A stretch of 64,000 bases of DNA from Nitrospirota bacterium (GTDB taxonomy: Bacteria; Nitrospirota; UBA9217): positions 205,502 through 269,501 of the forward strand of contig CAVVOB010000012.1 of NCBI GenBank assembly GCA_963749655.1, in the 5' to 3' direction. The notes beneath the pieces were generated by a model. That model saw nothing but the letters and a program-made list of their open reading frames with translations, ran no database searches and was not told the DNA's origin. This document shows positions 42,998-54,508 of the stretch, one piece after another. Positions within the stretch are counted from its first letter, which is position 1; every line of letters begins with the position of its first letter. Made by a program: the position numbers and the translations under genes.

Positions 42998-43786
42998 TCA
43001 CTCTTCCGTCATCCGTCCCGCGAACTCTTCCCCCAGCACTACGATCGATTCGATATCGAGAAACCTGTCCACGTTGCGGTCGAGGAGCAGCTTCACCTGG
43101 GAGGGGAAGTCCTCGTCCGGCACAGCGTCGTAGAAGAGGAGCAGAACGGGATAGTTCGGGAAGAAGCGGAACTCATAGGCTGCATCATGGTTGCCGCTGA
43201 CGGTCGCAGGTTCCCCTCCGAGCCGTTCGCAGGCCCCTTTCAGCCCTGCCGTGTTCCCGGAAAAATGCTTTGCGATCACGTTCTCCACATGTCCCGCCCA
43301 TGCCTTGTCTTTGGCGTGTGACGCCGGCACCGAGGCGAAGGTTATCCATTCTCCCGAAGGCGGGGGAGGGTCGGGCATGCAGAGGTGGTTGTAGATCAGG
43401 ATCGATAAGAACGGCTCAGGTTCGCATCCCGCGGAATCGAGGATGCGTTCCCTCGTAACGGAATAAACCTCGTTCAGGAATGCGATCTCCAGACAGTCCG
43501 GCTTACAAAGTTTGGCGCCGGACCATCGGGCGACGTCGGCAAAGTCGAGCGCCTCCACCTTGGGTTTGAGGGCGTGGAGCGTCTGCTCGAATACGGTGCC
43601 GCGAGAAGCGGTCTGCTGCTCTCCGATCTGAAGCGCTTCGCGCGCGCCTGCGGACAGATTGGGGCAGTCGTCGCTTGCAGCCTGGCCGGTTGCCAGTTTG
43701 GCTGCGAAGCCGATGCAGCTCGTGGTCCCGCATTTTCCGCAGTTGGTTTTGGGGAGGAACTTGTAGATCTCGATGGCGGTCTTCAT
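42998..43786 (-). CDS. Fe-S (AcsC/CdhE-type N-terminal) plus DUF3786-like protein
   Basis: LPKTNCGKCGTTSCIGFA...CP; FPNYPVLLLFYD..DEDFPSQVKLLLD. Confidence 0.85.
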   Translation of the reverse strand: MKTAIEIYKFLPKTNCGKCGTTSCIGFAAKLATGQAASDDCPNLSAGAREALQIGEQQTASRGTVFEQTLHALKPKVEALDFADVARWSGAKLCKPDCLEIAFLNEVYSVTRERILDSAGCEPEPFLSILIYNHLCMPDPPPPSGEWITFASVPASHAKDKAWAGHVENVIAKHFSGNTAGLKGACERLGGEPATVSGNHDAAYEFRFFPNYPVLLLFYDAVPDEDFPSQVKLLLDRNVDRFLDIESIVVLGEEFAGRMTEE

Positions 43787-43791
43787 GACTA

Positions 43792-43820
43792 AAACTAACG
43801 CTTTTCAATTCGCCTGTCAA
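43792..43820 (-). promoter_or_regulatory. sigma-70-type promoter, probably leaderless
   Basis: TTGACA-17 nt-TAGTTT, ATG 5 nt later. Confidence 0.55.
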
Positions 43821-43885
43821 ATGTCGACATCATTTTATACCGTTCGTGCCGTGACCATTTGTCGACGACGGGCGACAATATTTTT

Positions 43886-43915
43886 TTGACATTCAGTGCA
43901 TTTTTGTGTTACTGT
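43886..43915 (+). promoter_or_regulatory. sigma-70-type promoter at head of the exported-protein array
   Basis: TTGACA-18 nt-TACTGT with extended TGn. Confidence 0.5.
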
Positions 43916-44157
43916 TTTACTACATTTTCCCTCCGCTCATTGACCACGTCACCGAGAGTTTCGCATATCCATATCTATGAAATCCGGGACCGGTGAAAAC
44001 TGCGTCCGGTATACCATTATTGTTCTGATTACAAAGATCTGTTCGGCGCCGACGGGAGCAATGTCTTTTATCCGACATGCAGGCTGATGAATCGAACAGG
44101 GCTGAGTTCGTCGTCGACCGACACGACCCTGCCCTGAATCACTTTCAGGAGGTCCTA

Positions 44158-45714
44158 ATGCCGAGATTCCCTGCGTTTGCATCCATTGTTGTGTTGTGCC
44201 TGCTCTTGTCCGGCTGCACCAAAGGGCGCGACTCGACGTCGACCCCGGCCCAGACCCCTTCATCCGGCACAGCGCCGACAAAAACTCAGTATGTCCACGC
44301 CGAGACCGGCGCAGTTCTGTACGAAGCGCCCGATCTTCTGTCGCGGGCAACAGCCACCGCACCCGACCTGGCGCAGGTCCTTTCCGGAGAACGGTCCGGC
44401 CAATGGGTGCAGGTTGCGTGGCAGGGCAGGACCGGATGGACCTGCGCCAATAAGCTTTCCGACGTCAAATCGGGCATCGCCGTGACCAAGGACCTGATCG
44501 CCGATACCTGGTGCGGAGAGAACGAGCAGCCCGGGACCGGCTGCTACACCTTCCGCGACGACGGGACCCTGAACATCGAATGCCCCATGTGCTTCCACGG
44601 CACCTGGTATATCAGCGACGATAAAGTGTATGTGCAGCTCGAAAGCCCGGAGCAGAGTTCGGAGGGCCGTCCTCTGGAACGAATCACCTATGCCGGGACC
44701 ATGACCGTGCTGGACGGGAATTCGCTGGAAGCGAATTTCCCGGACGGCGACGGGGTAGCCCGCGATACGCAATCCTGGATCATGACCCGGTCCGACGGAG
44801 CGGTCAGGTATTCGGAAACTGCGCCGCCCGCGCAGAAGCAGCAGTTCGAACGATCACTTCCTTTCTCGCGGCCCGTGAGCGACATCGCCGTCAGCCCTGA
44901 CGGGAAAAGTATCGCCGTGGTCACCTATGATCCGGATGTGGTGCTCCTGAGCATGGACGGAACGAAGCGCACAGCGCTCAAGGGGCATCGCGAGGACGTC
45001 TGGGGCGTGGCGTTCAGTCCGGACAGCGCTATCGTGGCCTGCGGGGGCAAGGACAAAAACGTGATCCTCTGGGACAGGACCGGCAAGCAGCTCGCGACAT
45101 TAAAGGGCCATACCGACGGGGTCACCAGCGTTGCGTTCAGCCCTGACGGACAGACGATCGCGTCCGGTTCTGCTGACAAGACCGTCCGTCTCTGGAAGCG
45201 CGACGGGACGCTCATTCGCAGCATCGAAGGTCAGGGAGACACGGTCAGCCGCCTTGCCTTCAGTCCTGACGGGAAAACGCTTGCAGCCGCCCTGGGGAGC
45301 GGGACTGTGAAGCTCTGGACTCCCGAAGGAAAGCTCGTCAAGACGCTGGAAGGCCACACGAACGGAGCAGACGGCGTTGTCTTCAGCGCCGACGGGAAAA
45401 CGCTTGCTACCTATGCCGGAGACGGCATTGTGCGGCTCTGGAGCCCATCCGGCGGGCTCATCACGGTCCTTGATACGAAATCACCGCAAGCAGCGTCCTT
45501 TTCCCTGCGTCCTGACGGGAAGGTCGTCGCCACCGGCACCGCTGACCCGGCGCTCATGCTCTGGACGGCCGACGGCAGGCTCATCAAGACCCTCTACGGC
45601 CACAACGCCATCCTGCACACCATTGCTTTCAGCCCCGACGGAAAAACCATTGTTACCGGATCAGAGGACAGCACGATCAAGTTCTGGCCTTTCGACAGCA
45701 AGGCGTGCGAGTAG
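44158..45714 (+). CDS. lipoprotein: SH3-like + Cys module + WD40 propeller
   Basis: Lipobox LSGC; WVQVAWQGRTGW; repeated GH..V..VAFSPDG..IASGS.D..V.LW. Confidence 0.88.
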   Translation: MPRFPAFASIVVLCLLLSGCTKGRDSTSTPAQTPSSGTAPTKTQYVHAETGAVLYEAPDLLSRATATAPDLAQVLSGERSGQWVQVAWQGRTGWTCANKLSDVKSGIAVTKDLIADTWCGENEQPGTGCYTFRDDGTLNIECPMCFHGTWYISDDKVYVQLESPEQSSEGRPLERITYAGTMTVLDGNSLEANFPDGDGVARDTQSWIMTRSDGAVRYSETAPPAQKQQFERSLPFSRPVSDIAVSPDGKSIAVVTYDPDVVLLSMDGTKRTALKGHREDVWGVAFSPDSAIVACGGKDKNVILWDRTGKQLATLKGHTDGVTSVAFSPDGQTIASGSADKTVRLWKRDGTLIRSIEGQGDTVSRLAFSPDGKTLAAALGSGTVKLWTPEGKLVKTLEGHTNGADGVVFSADGKTLATYAGDGIVRLWSPSGGLITVLDTKSPQAASFSLRPDGKVVATGTADPALMLWTADGRLIKTLYGHNAILHTIAFSPDGKTIVTGSEDSTIKFWPFDSKACE

Positions 45715-45743
45715 GGGATCCTATTCCGAAAGGGGAAAAAAAT

Positions 45744-46442
45744 ATGTCCGCTCGATGCATTCAACAGAAACGGCTTTTGGTTCTTCTAATGGTCCTTGCC
45801 TCCCTGTCAGCAGCCCTCGCAGCTGAACGTATGACCGTCATCGATTATTACAACACGAACAAGCACGACTATCTCAAGATCGAAAAGCAGGACGGCGTCT
45901 GGAAAGGCCAGGGTGATTCAGGCTGGTATCCCCTGAAGAAGGCGGACATTGCGAACGGCTATGTGGAGTACGAAGACCCCGGTTACAACAACGGCGCGGG
46001 GCACGCAACATTCTCCGGAGCTCTCTTCCTCACCAGGGACCGGCAGCCCATGTTTGCTCTTCTGCAAACCATCACCTCTACCGAACTGAAGTGCCCTGAT
46101 ACGAATTATACGCTTGAGACCTATCGGATGAACGGCGACCGGATGGCTGAGGCGACCGACGTAGTGCCGCCGCTGCCTCCGAGCTTCTTCCTGAAGCAGG
46201 GTGCGAGCACGGAAAGCGGGATCGCCTATTCCATCGGCTTTCGTCTTCCTCAAAAGGGGACGACCGTGGAAGCGTTCCTCGATACGTCCTATATCTCCTG
46301 CATGCTTGAAAAAAGCAGCAAAGAGCTGACGAAAAAAGATATCGACGTTGCGAGGGAATTCCTCAAGAATGTGCGGACAGAGCCGCTCAAGCTGAAGTGG
46401 AACAAGGACACGGGCAGGTTCGAAATACAGACGGAGAAATAA
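45744..46442 (+). CDS. hypothetical exported protein
   Basis: Signal peptide; DIANGYVEY, FRLPQKGTTV, LKWNKDTGRF. Confidence 0.8.
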   Translation: MSARCIQQKRLLVLLMVLASLSAALAAERMTVIDYYNTNKHDYLKIEKQDGVWKGQGDSGWYPLKKADIANGYVEYEDPGYNNGAGHATFSGALFLTRDRQPMFALLQTITSTELKCPDTNYTLETYRMNGDRMAEATDVVPPLPPSFFLKQGASTESGIAYSIGFRLPQKGTTVEAFLDTSYISCMLEKSSKELTKKDIDVAREFLKNVRTEPLKLKWNKDTGRFEIQTEK

Positions 46443-46523
46443 GAGCCCGGGATGCGGGCCTTCGGCGGGAGGACATCACTTGAACGCCTATCCGGTCCGC
46501 GATTAAAAACAGGAGGAGATCGT

Positions 46524-47075
46524 ATGCACAAGATGAACAGGAACGCGCGCTTTTTTGCGGGAATGGCGGCAGTCCTTTTGTTCCCGCTTATTTCTGCGGC
46601 AGCGGCCGTCGCGGAGACCCCACTGCCCCGTTTTGCGGACTATCCCGTCAAGGAATGGTTCACGGGGAAGCCGGTCCCGCCCGACTTCAAGAACGATCCT
46701 GATGCCAAACGGTTCGCGACCCGCATACGGGAGGGCGCAACGAAGGGCCCGAACTTCGCCGGCCGCTACACCATCATCGAATGGGGCTGCGGCTCCGAGT
46801 GCCAGTCCTTCGCCATTGTCGATGCGAAAACCGGGGCGATCTTCTCCCCGCCGTTTTCCACGGCGTGGGGCATGATGTATCGTCTGGACAGCAGCCTGCT
46901 GATCGTGAATCCGGTGACGCCCGAGGCAGCAGCCGGCGACTGGGTGCCCGGCTGGCTGGTGACGGGCTTCTATGTGTGGGACGGCAGCCAGCTGAACAAG
47001 GTCCAGGAGGACAGGCCTTTGGTCATCGATCCGCAAACAGGGGCAGCCAGCGCTCCCGAAAGCCTGAGGAAATAG
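46524..47075 (+). CDS. conserved exported protein
   Basis: Signal peptide; PRFADYP, GPNFAGRYTIIEWGCGSEC, DSSLLIVN. Confidence 0.8.
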   Translation: MHKMNRNARFFAGMAAVLLFPLISAAAAVAETPLPRFADYPVKEWFTGKPVPPDFKNDPDAKRFATRIREGATKGPNFAGRYTIIEWGCGSECQSFAIVDAKTGAIFSPPFSTAWGMMYRLDSSLLIVNPVTPEAAAGDWVPGWLVTGFYVWDGSQLNKVQEDRPLVIDPQTGAASAPESLRK

Positions 47076-47100
47076 ATACAGCCGATTATTTCTAACCGGC

Positions 47101-47232
47101 CGGACCTACACCTACGATTCCAACGGCAACCAGACCGCGAGCGTTAATTATTCCGGGGCAGGAACAGACTTGACCTGGTTTACGACGGATGACGTTGTCG
47201 CGAGTGACAATACCTATGAATATGAAATGTGA
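47101..47232 (+). pseudogene. orphan 3' fragment with a YD-like repeat
   Basis: Manual translation RTYTYDSNGNQTASVNYSGAGTDLTWFTTDDVVASDNTYEYEM*; no start or RBS. Confidence 0.55.
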
Positions 47233-47302
47233 TTGCGAGGCAGGATTCCTGATAAACGCGGATCCCGCGAGCCCTTGCTGAAGTTTACGGAGGGAAAATC
47301 GT

Positions 47303-48100
47303 ATGCAGACAAAAAAGATGCTGACCGGATTTTTTGCGGGAATGGTCGTACTCCTGGCAACTGCAATGGCGGGACAGGCGCTCGCTGCAGGCCGGTCCGC
47401 GGAAATGTTCATCTGGGGCGGCGGCAATACGCAGGAAGATGCACAGGCGTCGCTGGACCAGTACCGCGACCGGTCCGCTGAATGGTCGGACATCGTGGCC
47501 CTTGCGCCCGAATTCCCGCGCATCCTGGAAAGCAAGTCGGTCCCCGGTCTGAAGCCCGGTTTCATCATCGTCGTGCTCGGCGTATGCGCCGCACCGGATG
47601 CAGCGACAGCTGCGAAATATCTCAAGGCGCTCGAGCCAACAGTGTACCAGCGCAGTGTGACCTGGAGCGACGCCGGTGGCGCGCTGCCCTGCCCGGGACT
47701 TGCGAAGGGATGGTCCTTCCGCGGCGCCGAGCGTGCACGAACGTCCGCCGGAGAGCTGAGCGGCGCTCTCTTTCTGCAAAACGAGCTGACTGAAGGGGCC
47801 GAGTTCGAGTTCAAGCGCTGGAAAGCGTTCATCGACCTGCGCGGGGCAAAGGGCGAAGTACAGGCCCACCTTACGGATAACAGCCGGAGCGACGTATCGA
47901 TCGTAAAGGCATTCAAGGCTGGGGCTTCGGGCATCGTCCTGGAGGAGGAGTACACCGACCCGCTCTGCACGGGGGAACCCGAGTTCAAGCAGTATCTTCG
48001 GACCCGGACGTATGCAGCATCAAGCGGGGAGATACGGGCAGGAGAGAAAGAACGGCTCATCAAGCAAGGCCCCTGCAGCTATCCTGAACTCGGCCGATAG
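47303..48100 (+). CDS. hypothetical exported protein
   Basis: GGAGG RBS, signal peptide, 265 aa. Confidence 0.8.
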   Translation: MQTKKMLTGFFAGMVVLLATAMAGQALAAGRSAEMFIWGGGNTQEDAQASLDQYRDRSAEWSDIVALAPEFPRILESKSVPGLKPGFIIVVLGVCAAPDAATAAKYLKALEPTVYQRSVTWSDAGGALPCPGLAKGWSFRGAERARTSAGELSGALFLQNELTEGAEFEFKRWKAFIDLRGAKGEVQAHLTDNSRSDVSIVKAFKAGASGIVLEEEYTDPLCTGEPEFKQYLRTRTYAASSGEIRAGEKERLIKQGPCSYPELGR

Positions 48101-48165
48101 GGGACGGGTCCGCGGATACGCGAGGAGCGATCCGCAGGATCTGAAACGGAAGGGGGCAGCCTGCA

Positions 48166-48622
48166 ATGAAAAAGCAAAGAAAAGACGCATTTTCAGATAT
48201 TCGCAAAAAGACCGAGGAGGAGATGGCCGCGTTGCAGCCCCCGCCGGTTCCTCCGGAGGAAGAACTCCGTTTCAAAAGGCGCAAGGCCGTGAAGGATCAG
48301 TTCTCCCCCATGGTCACGGAAGTCCTCACTGAACTTCGTGATGCCTTGATGCACCCGCGCGCGATCATCAAGGAAGGAATAAGTAATGACGATGAGTCGG
48401 GCTTCTGGGACCTTGTAGAGAGTTACAGTCTGCACCACGTGGGGGGCTCATCCGGAGGCAGCAGCGAGGCCTATGCCGAGGTTCAGCTTGTATTCGACAA
48501 GGAAGACCGTCCTCTTCATTTTCGTGTGCATTCGTTTCCGGACCATATTCGACAAGCGCAAGAAGGCGGGGCTCAGCCGGGAAGAGCTTGTTGCCGTTCT
48601 GCATGACCTGTTTGCAAAATAA
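48166..48622 (+). CDS. hypothetical protein (possible frameshift near 48545; unshifted stop 48606)
   Basis: ORF 48166-48606; alternative frame gives ...GLSREELVAVLHDLFAK*. Confidence 0.6.
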
Positions 48623-48645
48623 GCGGATGTCAGGGTCAACGTGCT

Positions 48646-49314
48646 ATGAAAAAAATAAAAAGAAGACAAATCACCGATGCAGTAAAAGCAGAGCCGATAG
48701 CGCTGTGGTCGCTCGACACGTTCTTCTATGCCTTCATCGTCGTCGGCGTCCTTTTCCATTGGGCGGCGCTGAACTATCAGATCATCAACGGGACGCGAAG
48801 CGCGGCGTGGCCCTGGACGAACGGCGTGATCGTGGATGTTCATACCAGGGAACACAGTCAAAGCAACGTGAACATGAAGGGGGCGTCGCGGCCGGGCGGC
48901 AGCGGTTCGACCAGTCATTTCTACGAGGTCGTTCCCACCTACGAGTATACGATCGAGGGAAAGAAGTACGTCAGCAACAAGGTCACGACGGGCGGCGGGT
49001 GGTTCCTCGGGAGTCGGGCAGATGCCAGGCAGAAGGCGGTCAGCCTCGTACCCGGTTCCCCGGTGGTTGTCTATTATGACCCCGCTGACCCGGCATCGGC
49101 TGTGCTGGAACAAGGCGTTGCCGACCGCACATCGTCGGGAATGCTCGTGACCATCCCCGCAATCGGCGGGGCAATGGGAATGGCGTTCAACTACTTCAGC
49201 AGGACCAGGTTCCCGGAGCGAAGAAGACGGCTGAAGCTTTCCATTGCCGCGGGGACCGGGGCGGCCGTTCTGGCGGCGCTTATGCTGTGGCTCGTGATGA
49301 GCGCGTTGGTTTGA
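48646..49314 (+). CDS. DUF3592-like membrane protein
   Basis: SAAWPWTNGVI, YEYTIEGKKY, GSPVVVYYDPADPASAVL. Confidence 0.8.
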   Translation: MKKIKRRQITDAVKAEPIALWSLDTFFYAFIVVGVLFHWAALNYQIINGTRSAAWPWTNGVIVDVHTREHSQSNVNMKGASRPGGSGSTSHFYEVVPTYEYTIEGKKYVSNKVTTGGGWFLGSRADARQKAVSLVPGSPVVVYYDPADPASAVLEQGVADRTSSGMLVTIPAIGGAMGMAFNYFSRTRFPERRRRLKLSIAAGTGAAVLAALMLWLVMSALV

Positions 49315-49355
49315 TGCAGTGATCCGGCTGGATATGATACGAACGGGGGGGAGTC

Positions 49356-50929
49356 ATGGAAAGGAAGGGAACGCATCGGTTCAATCGCGATACTGTGAAG
49401 ACCCTGCTCTATGTGGTCGGCGCGATCGCAGGCATTGCGTTCCTCTCGTCCGTCTTCTATAATCCCGTCATTTTTGTCCGGGGCACGGGCTTCGCATTCG
49501 CTCTGTTCGGCCTGTTGCTCCCCTTCGGGATCACCTACGAGCTTTATAACCGCAAGCCCTATGAATCATTGGGAGGAATCAAGGGCAGCGGCTTTGCGCT
49601 GATCCTGTTCTTCGGCATCATGCTTCCCGGCTCCGGGACCGTGGGAATGCCGGGCTTCCTGGAAATAGTCAAGCCCATGCTCTGCCCGACGGGCTTCGAG
49701 GAGATCAAAAGCGACATCGCCGTGCGGCAGTATGACATGCCGGGGCTGGTGCTGACCTTCAACAGAGAGGCTGTGTGCACCGGCGAACTGGGCGATTATA
49801 CGCCGGGACGGCTGCCCCGGCACCTGGGCGGCATGCTCCTGTATCTCCTCTACTGCGGTATGTACTTTTCCATCGTTGCGCTCGTCTGGAAACAGAAGTT
49901 CATCGTGCTGCACAAGTATGCGGCCCAGGGCATCATCCTTGCTCTCTTCATTCCGCTGTTGTTCGTCACCCTGCTGAACCCTTCTTTCCGCGCTGTCGTC
50001 TCCAAACCAATGAACGCACTGATCTACCGCGGCCATGCCGTATCGCTCGTGGAAGCGGTGAAGCGGCACAAGATCGGGATGATCAAGGAACTCCTGGCGC
50101 GGGGCGGGGACATCCGTGCCGAGGGGCAGGACAATGAGACCGCCTTGACCGTGGCCCAGCGTTATCAGGACAAGGAAGTGCTGAATTTGTTCGCAGGTCA
50201 GATCACCGGCGGGTCGGACAGCAAGAAGGCGCTGCTGGACAAGGGGATCGTATACGATCAAGCGAACTTCGTCAAGCAGGTCGGAGAGCGGGAGCGTCGG
50301 GAACGTCAAGCTGTTCCTGGACGCGGGGTGGACATCAACGCCCTGGTGGCCCTGGTGGAAGGCACGGCGCTGACTGTAGCGGTCTTCAACGGGCGCAAGG
50401 ACCTTGCGCGGTTCCTGCTCGACCGGAAGGCCGATGTCAACAAGCCGAGCGAGAAGGAATGGACGCCGCTCATCGCAGCGGCGCTTGCCAGCACCAGGCC
50501 TTCCGATGTCTGTCATGATGACATCGTTCTCATGCTGATCAGGAAGGGCGCGGATGTGCACGCGAAGACGAAGGACGGCGACACCGCGCTGATGATGGCC
50601 TCGAAGGTTGCCTGCCTGGCCGCGGTAAAAGTCCTCATAGAGAACAAAGCCGATGTCAACGCCCGAAACCGCGCTGGATATACGGCCCTCCTGCACGCGG
50701 TTGAAACGACACGGTATGACAACGTATATGACCGGGTGAAGGGATACCGGGTCGATGTGCTCGATCAGAACAGCTACAATCTGGTGAAATACCTTCTGGA
50801 GCACGGCGCGGACCCGAACGTGAACATTTACTCCGGTGGGTACGCCGGCATGACCCCGCTCAGGATGGCGAAGTTCCGGCGGGTCAAGGAAGTCGTTCAA
50901 CTCCTGAAGAGTACCACGGGCGGGAATAA
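49356..50929 (+). CDS. membrane protein with ankyrin repeats (frameshifts; end approximate)
   Basis: N-terminal TM helices; GDTALMMAS, GYTALLHA, LLEHGADPN repeats. Confidence 0.82.
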
Positions 50930-50942
50930 CACGAGGAGGCGA

Positions 50943-51112
50943 TCGAGGGATGGTTCTTCTCATTCTGGGTGCGCAGGCATCAGGAAGGGACCATGGACGC
51001 GGTGAAGGACCTTCTGGAATGGGGCATGACCGCAGTTCCCGCTGTTCCGGGCAATACTGCGGAATTTACCTGGTCCAAGGCCGCTCCCGGCGTTGCCGAT
51101 GAGCCGCATTGA
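50943..51112 (+). pseudogene. orphan 3' fragment paralogous to the end of gene 61423-62365
   Basis: EGWFFSFWVRRHQEGTMDAVKDLLEWG...FTWSKAAP; about 128/145 nt identical to 62205-62349 by manual count. Confidence 0.8.
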
Positions 51113-51197
51113 GCAGGAAACAATAGGCACAGAAGCTGACATGCGGGCGTCGGCGCGTGATCTATCCATACCTTATTAATTATAGGAGGGAGATCCC

Positions 51198-53235
51198 ATG
51201 AGGACAATCGTTGCCGCATGTCTGATAGTGCTGCTGCTTCTGCCGGGACGGCAGGCATCCTTCGCCGGAGACAGGGCAGGAGCGTCTGACTCCGATCCGC
51301 TCGCCGGCATGGAGTTCGTCGAGGTCAAGGGCGGATGTTTTCAAATGGGCGACGTTTTCAGCAGCGGCGAAGCGAACGAGCGGCCCGTGCATGACGCCTG
51401 CGTGCAGGACTTCTCGATCGGCAAGCGGGAAGTGACCCAGGCGGAGTGGCAGGCCGTCATGGGAATCAATCCGTCGGAGTTCAAGGCCTGCGGTCCGGAC
51501 TGTCCGGTGGAGAACGTTTCCTGGAACGACGCCCAGGAGTTCATCGCGAAGCTCAATGCACAGACCGGCAAGACCTATCGTTTTCCGACCGAGGCGGAAT
51601 GGGAATACGCGGCCCGGAGCGGAGGAAAGAAGGAACAATGGTCGGGAACGAGCAGCGAGGCCGACCTCGCCGAATATGCCTGGTATGACAAAAAGCAGTC
51701 CATCGGCACCGCTGTTTCCGGGAAAAGGAAACCGAACGGCCTCGGCATCCTGGACATGACCGGGAACGTGAACGAATGGGTGCAGGACTGGTACGACCCG
51801 GCCTATTTCGCGTCAGCGCCGAAGGACGACCCGACAGGACCGGCGAAGGGCAAGCAGCGCGTGCTCCGGGGCGGCTCCTGGGACGCAGCAGCGAAGTATA
51901 TTCGCGCGACGAGCAGGTACAAGGCCGATCCTTCCACGAAGAACAGCGGACGCGGACTCCGACTCGCACTGGGCGCGCAGACCGTCCCGGCTGCAGCGGC
52001 AGCGAACAACGCCGGCGCGGTCCGTTGCCTCGATGCACAGGCGTGCAAAGAGCCGGTTGCGGCAATGGGACTGGACATGGTCCGCGACTTCGGCGCGGCT
52101 CCCTCATGGGCCGACAAAACCTTGTGGAACAGGGAGAACGAATTGCTGGGCAGGATACCCCGGACCTGCCCGTCCTACGACCAGTTCAAGAGCATCTACC
52201 GGACGCGGATGAAGCTCTTCGCCCTCCGCACCGAGCTGAGCTATGTGGAACCGAAGGACGCGGATAAGTATAAGGCCCACTCGTACCGCGAGCGATTGTT
52301 CAGCCGGGACGGGTCCTGGCTTCTGAAGGCATTCGAGCTCAGCCGTTCGAAGTTCTTCAAGGCAGTGTCGATCGATCCCCAGCTTTCTTCGGACCTCCGG
52401 CTTTTTGCGCTGGAGCTTCTTCGCTACCGATCTATGATCGAATCCGTTCCGGATTGGAAGGAAAAGTTCGATGCGCTGCTCGCCGCGAGCGACAAGCAGG
52501 AGAAGAATCTCGTCAACGGCGCCCATTTTCACGCAGCCGGATTTCCGGTGACCGGGAACGAATGCTCTCATACTGTCAGCCTTTTTACGGGATCGGGAGA
52601 GGGACTCGGCTACGACTGGGGCAATGAAGGGTGGTTCTATTCCTTCTGGGTGCGGAGATACCGCGAAGGCACGATGGATGCAACGAAGCGGATCCTGGAA
52701 TGGATCGCGGCGAGCCTTCCCGCATCGCAGGCGAACACGCCGGCCTTTACCTGGTCGCCGCTTGCAGCCGAGGTCAGACGTTTCGTGGACCCGGGGGCGT
52801 ACGTGAAATTCGTAAATGCCGGAGACTTCGACGCGGATTCCCTGCCGGACGTCTTCCTCGTGCTCGCCAAGGACGGCCGGAACAATCCCTATGCCATGAA
52901 CCGGCTGCTCCTGCTCAAGAGGAACAAGGACATGTCGCTGACGATTGCCGGCCGGAACGACCGGATCCTCATCTGCTGCAGCGGCGAGAATTTCCGGGAC
53001 CCGCTCGTGGACATCCGGATGCAATCCTATCCGCCGTTGGTCACGATCGTTCAACGGTCAGGCTGCACCTGGGACACTTCGTTCGAATACGACAGCGAGA
53101 AGAACAAGTTCTTGTTCAAGAATGTCGCTGTCTATGAACTGTCCGGGGCAGGACGAGAACAGCCAGAACATATTCACATCGACTCGAACGATCGAGTTCG
53201 ACGATTTCGATCCGGACACGTATAAGGGGCAATAA
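51198..53235 (+). CDS. exported SUMF1/FGE-sulfatase-domain protein with additional modules (frameshift near 3' end)
   Basis: FQMG, EVTQAEW, PVENVSWNDA, PTEAEWEYAAR, DMTGNVNEW, RVLRGGSW. Confidence 0.88.
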
Positions 53236-53405
53236 GAAGCAGTGCAGGACCAGGACTTTTCGCTGCCTCGGGGAGGAAGGCCGTGGCATTGCAGCACGGG
53301 TTGGCTGCCCAAGAAGGTCATGGAACCGATGCAACGGTATCAGGTACGGAAAAAGCAGACCGGCGGCGGGAACGACATCAAAAAAGTCGATGGGTGCGCT
53401 CTATC

Positions 53406-54436
53406 ATGGCTGAACTTTTCAAGGTATCGCGGGAGGAGATAGAGCACTGCATCCGTATGATCGGCCGGGCAGACAAGTCCGTGTCAGCCGACACGATCGA
53501 GACGATCCTGGAGCAGCTGCGCCCCACCCTTTCGAAGCTTAATGCGGCGCCGCTCTTCTGGAAGACATCCGTTCCCGCCTCGAGTGGGGAAGACCGGAGG
53601 AGGCCGCTTCGCTCCTCAGGGACCATGACAGGTCACGGAGGTTTCTGAACGGAAGTCTTCTGATGTGGTCGGGTCTGGCAATCGGGGGCCCCCTGATAGC
53701 CGCCGTTGTCATGTTCGCAGGCGGCTCCATGCCCAGGATGGACGGCGCCTACGGGATCGCCATGCAGGAACTCAACTCCTGCTCGGCCGTGACGGACCGC
53801 CTTGGCAAGCCCGTCGAACAAAAACGCTGGGGCGGAACGTGGGGGTCCAGCGACACGCGGGGCGGGCAATGGGGCAACGCGCAGTGGTCCATCCCGGTTG
53901 CGGGCCCGAAGGCGTCGGGAAGATACTCTTACGCAGCCGAGCTGCACGGCGGCGGCGCGTGGCAGATCCTCCGTGCCTCGCTCAAGATCGGGGAAGATAC
54001 GATCAACGTCGTGCCCTGCGGCGACGGATGGCTGGCGAAAACGATCGAATCGGGCAAGAAGAGCGCGCCCCTGTACCAGTCGTTCGGCGAGGTGGGTACC
54101 GTAGCGAAGGCGTCTGGCCGCACGAGCGTGAAATCCGGCGACGTCTGCGAGGTGAGCGTCACGCCCGTTGCGGGATTCCAAAAGAACACTCAATTCAACT
54201 GCCGGATCATCGTCCGGTGCGGCCCGAAGGTGATCTACGGATGGGAAAATTCCGGATACATGAACTGCGAGACCGACAGAGGAATGCCGACCCGCGCGAA
54301 CGATCCCTGGGGCACGGCCAAGGACACCGATCCCATGATCGAGGTGGATCTGCCGAACAACCGGGTCGTGGTCAGCGATGACAACCCCGAGTCCACCTAT
54401 ACCATCACGATCGTCTGGCCTGCGAAAGGGAAATAG
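53406..54436 (+). CDS. membrane-anchored protein with Coa1-like domain (frameshift near 53590)
   Basis: ORFs 53406-53648 and 53663-54436 join with one shift; Y..AM..L.....V..RLG.P...GNA.WSIPVAGPKASG. Confidence 0.6.
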
Positions 54437-54508
54437 TCTGCAGCTGTCTATTCCCGCGCGCCAACGTCCTGTTCCACCCTGTCCTGCAGCAGGAGAAGGA
54501 GCCCGACC

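Noticed and set aside
43920-44157. Riboswitch in the long leader of the exported-protein array
   Set aside because: No recognisable aptamer consensus by eye
44581-44598. CPMCFH as a c-type heme-binding site
   Set aside because: It is CxxCxH rather than CxxCH; disulfides are more plausible
51860-51972. FGE-sulfatase (CLec-fold) domain as a diversity-generating retroelement target
   Set aside because: No template repeat, reverse transcriptase or avd seen in the window, and the domain is not C-terminal
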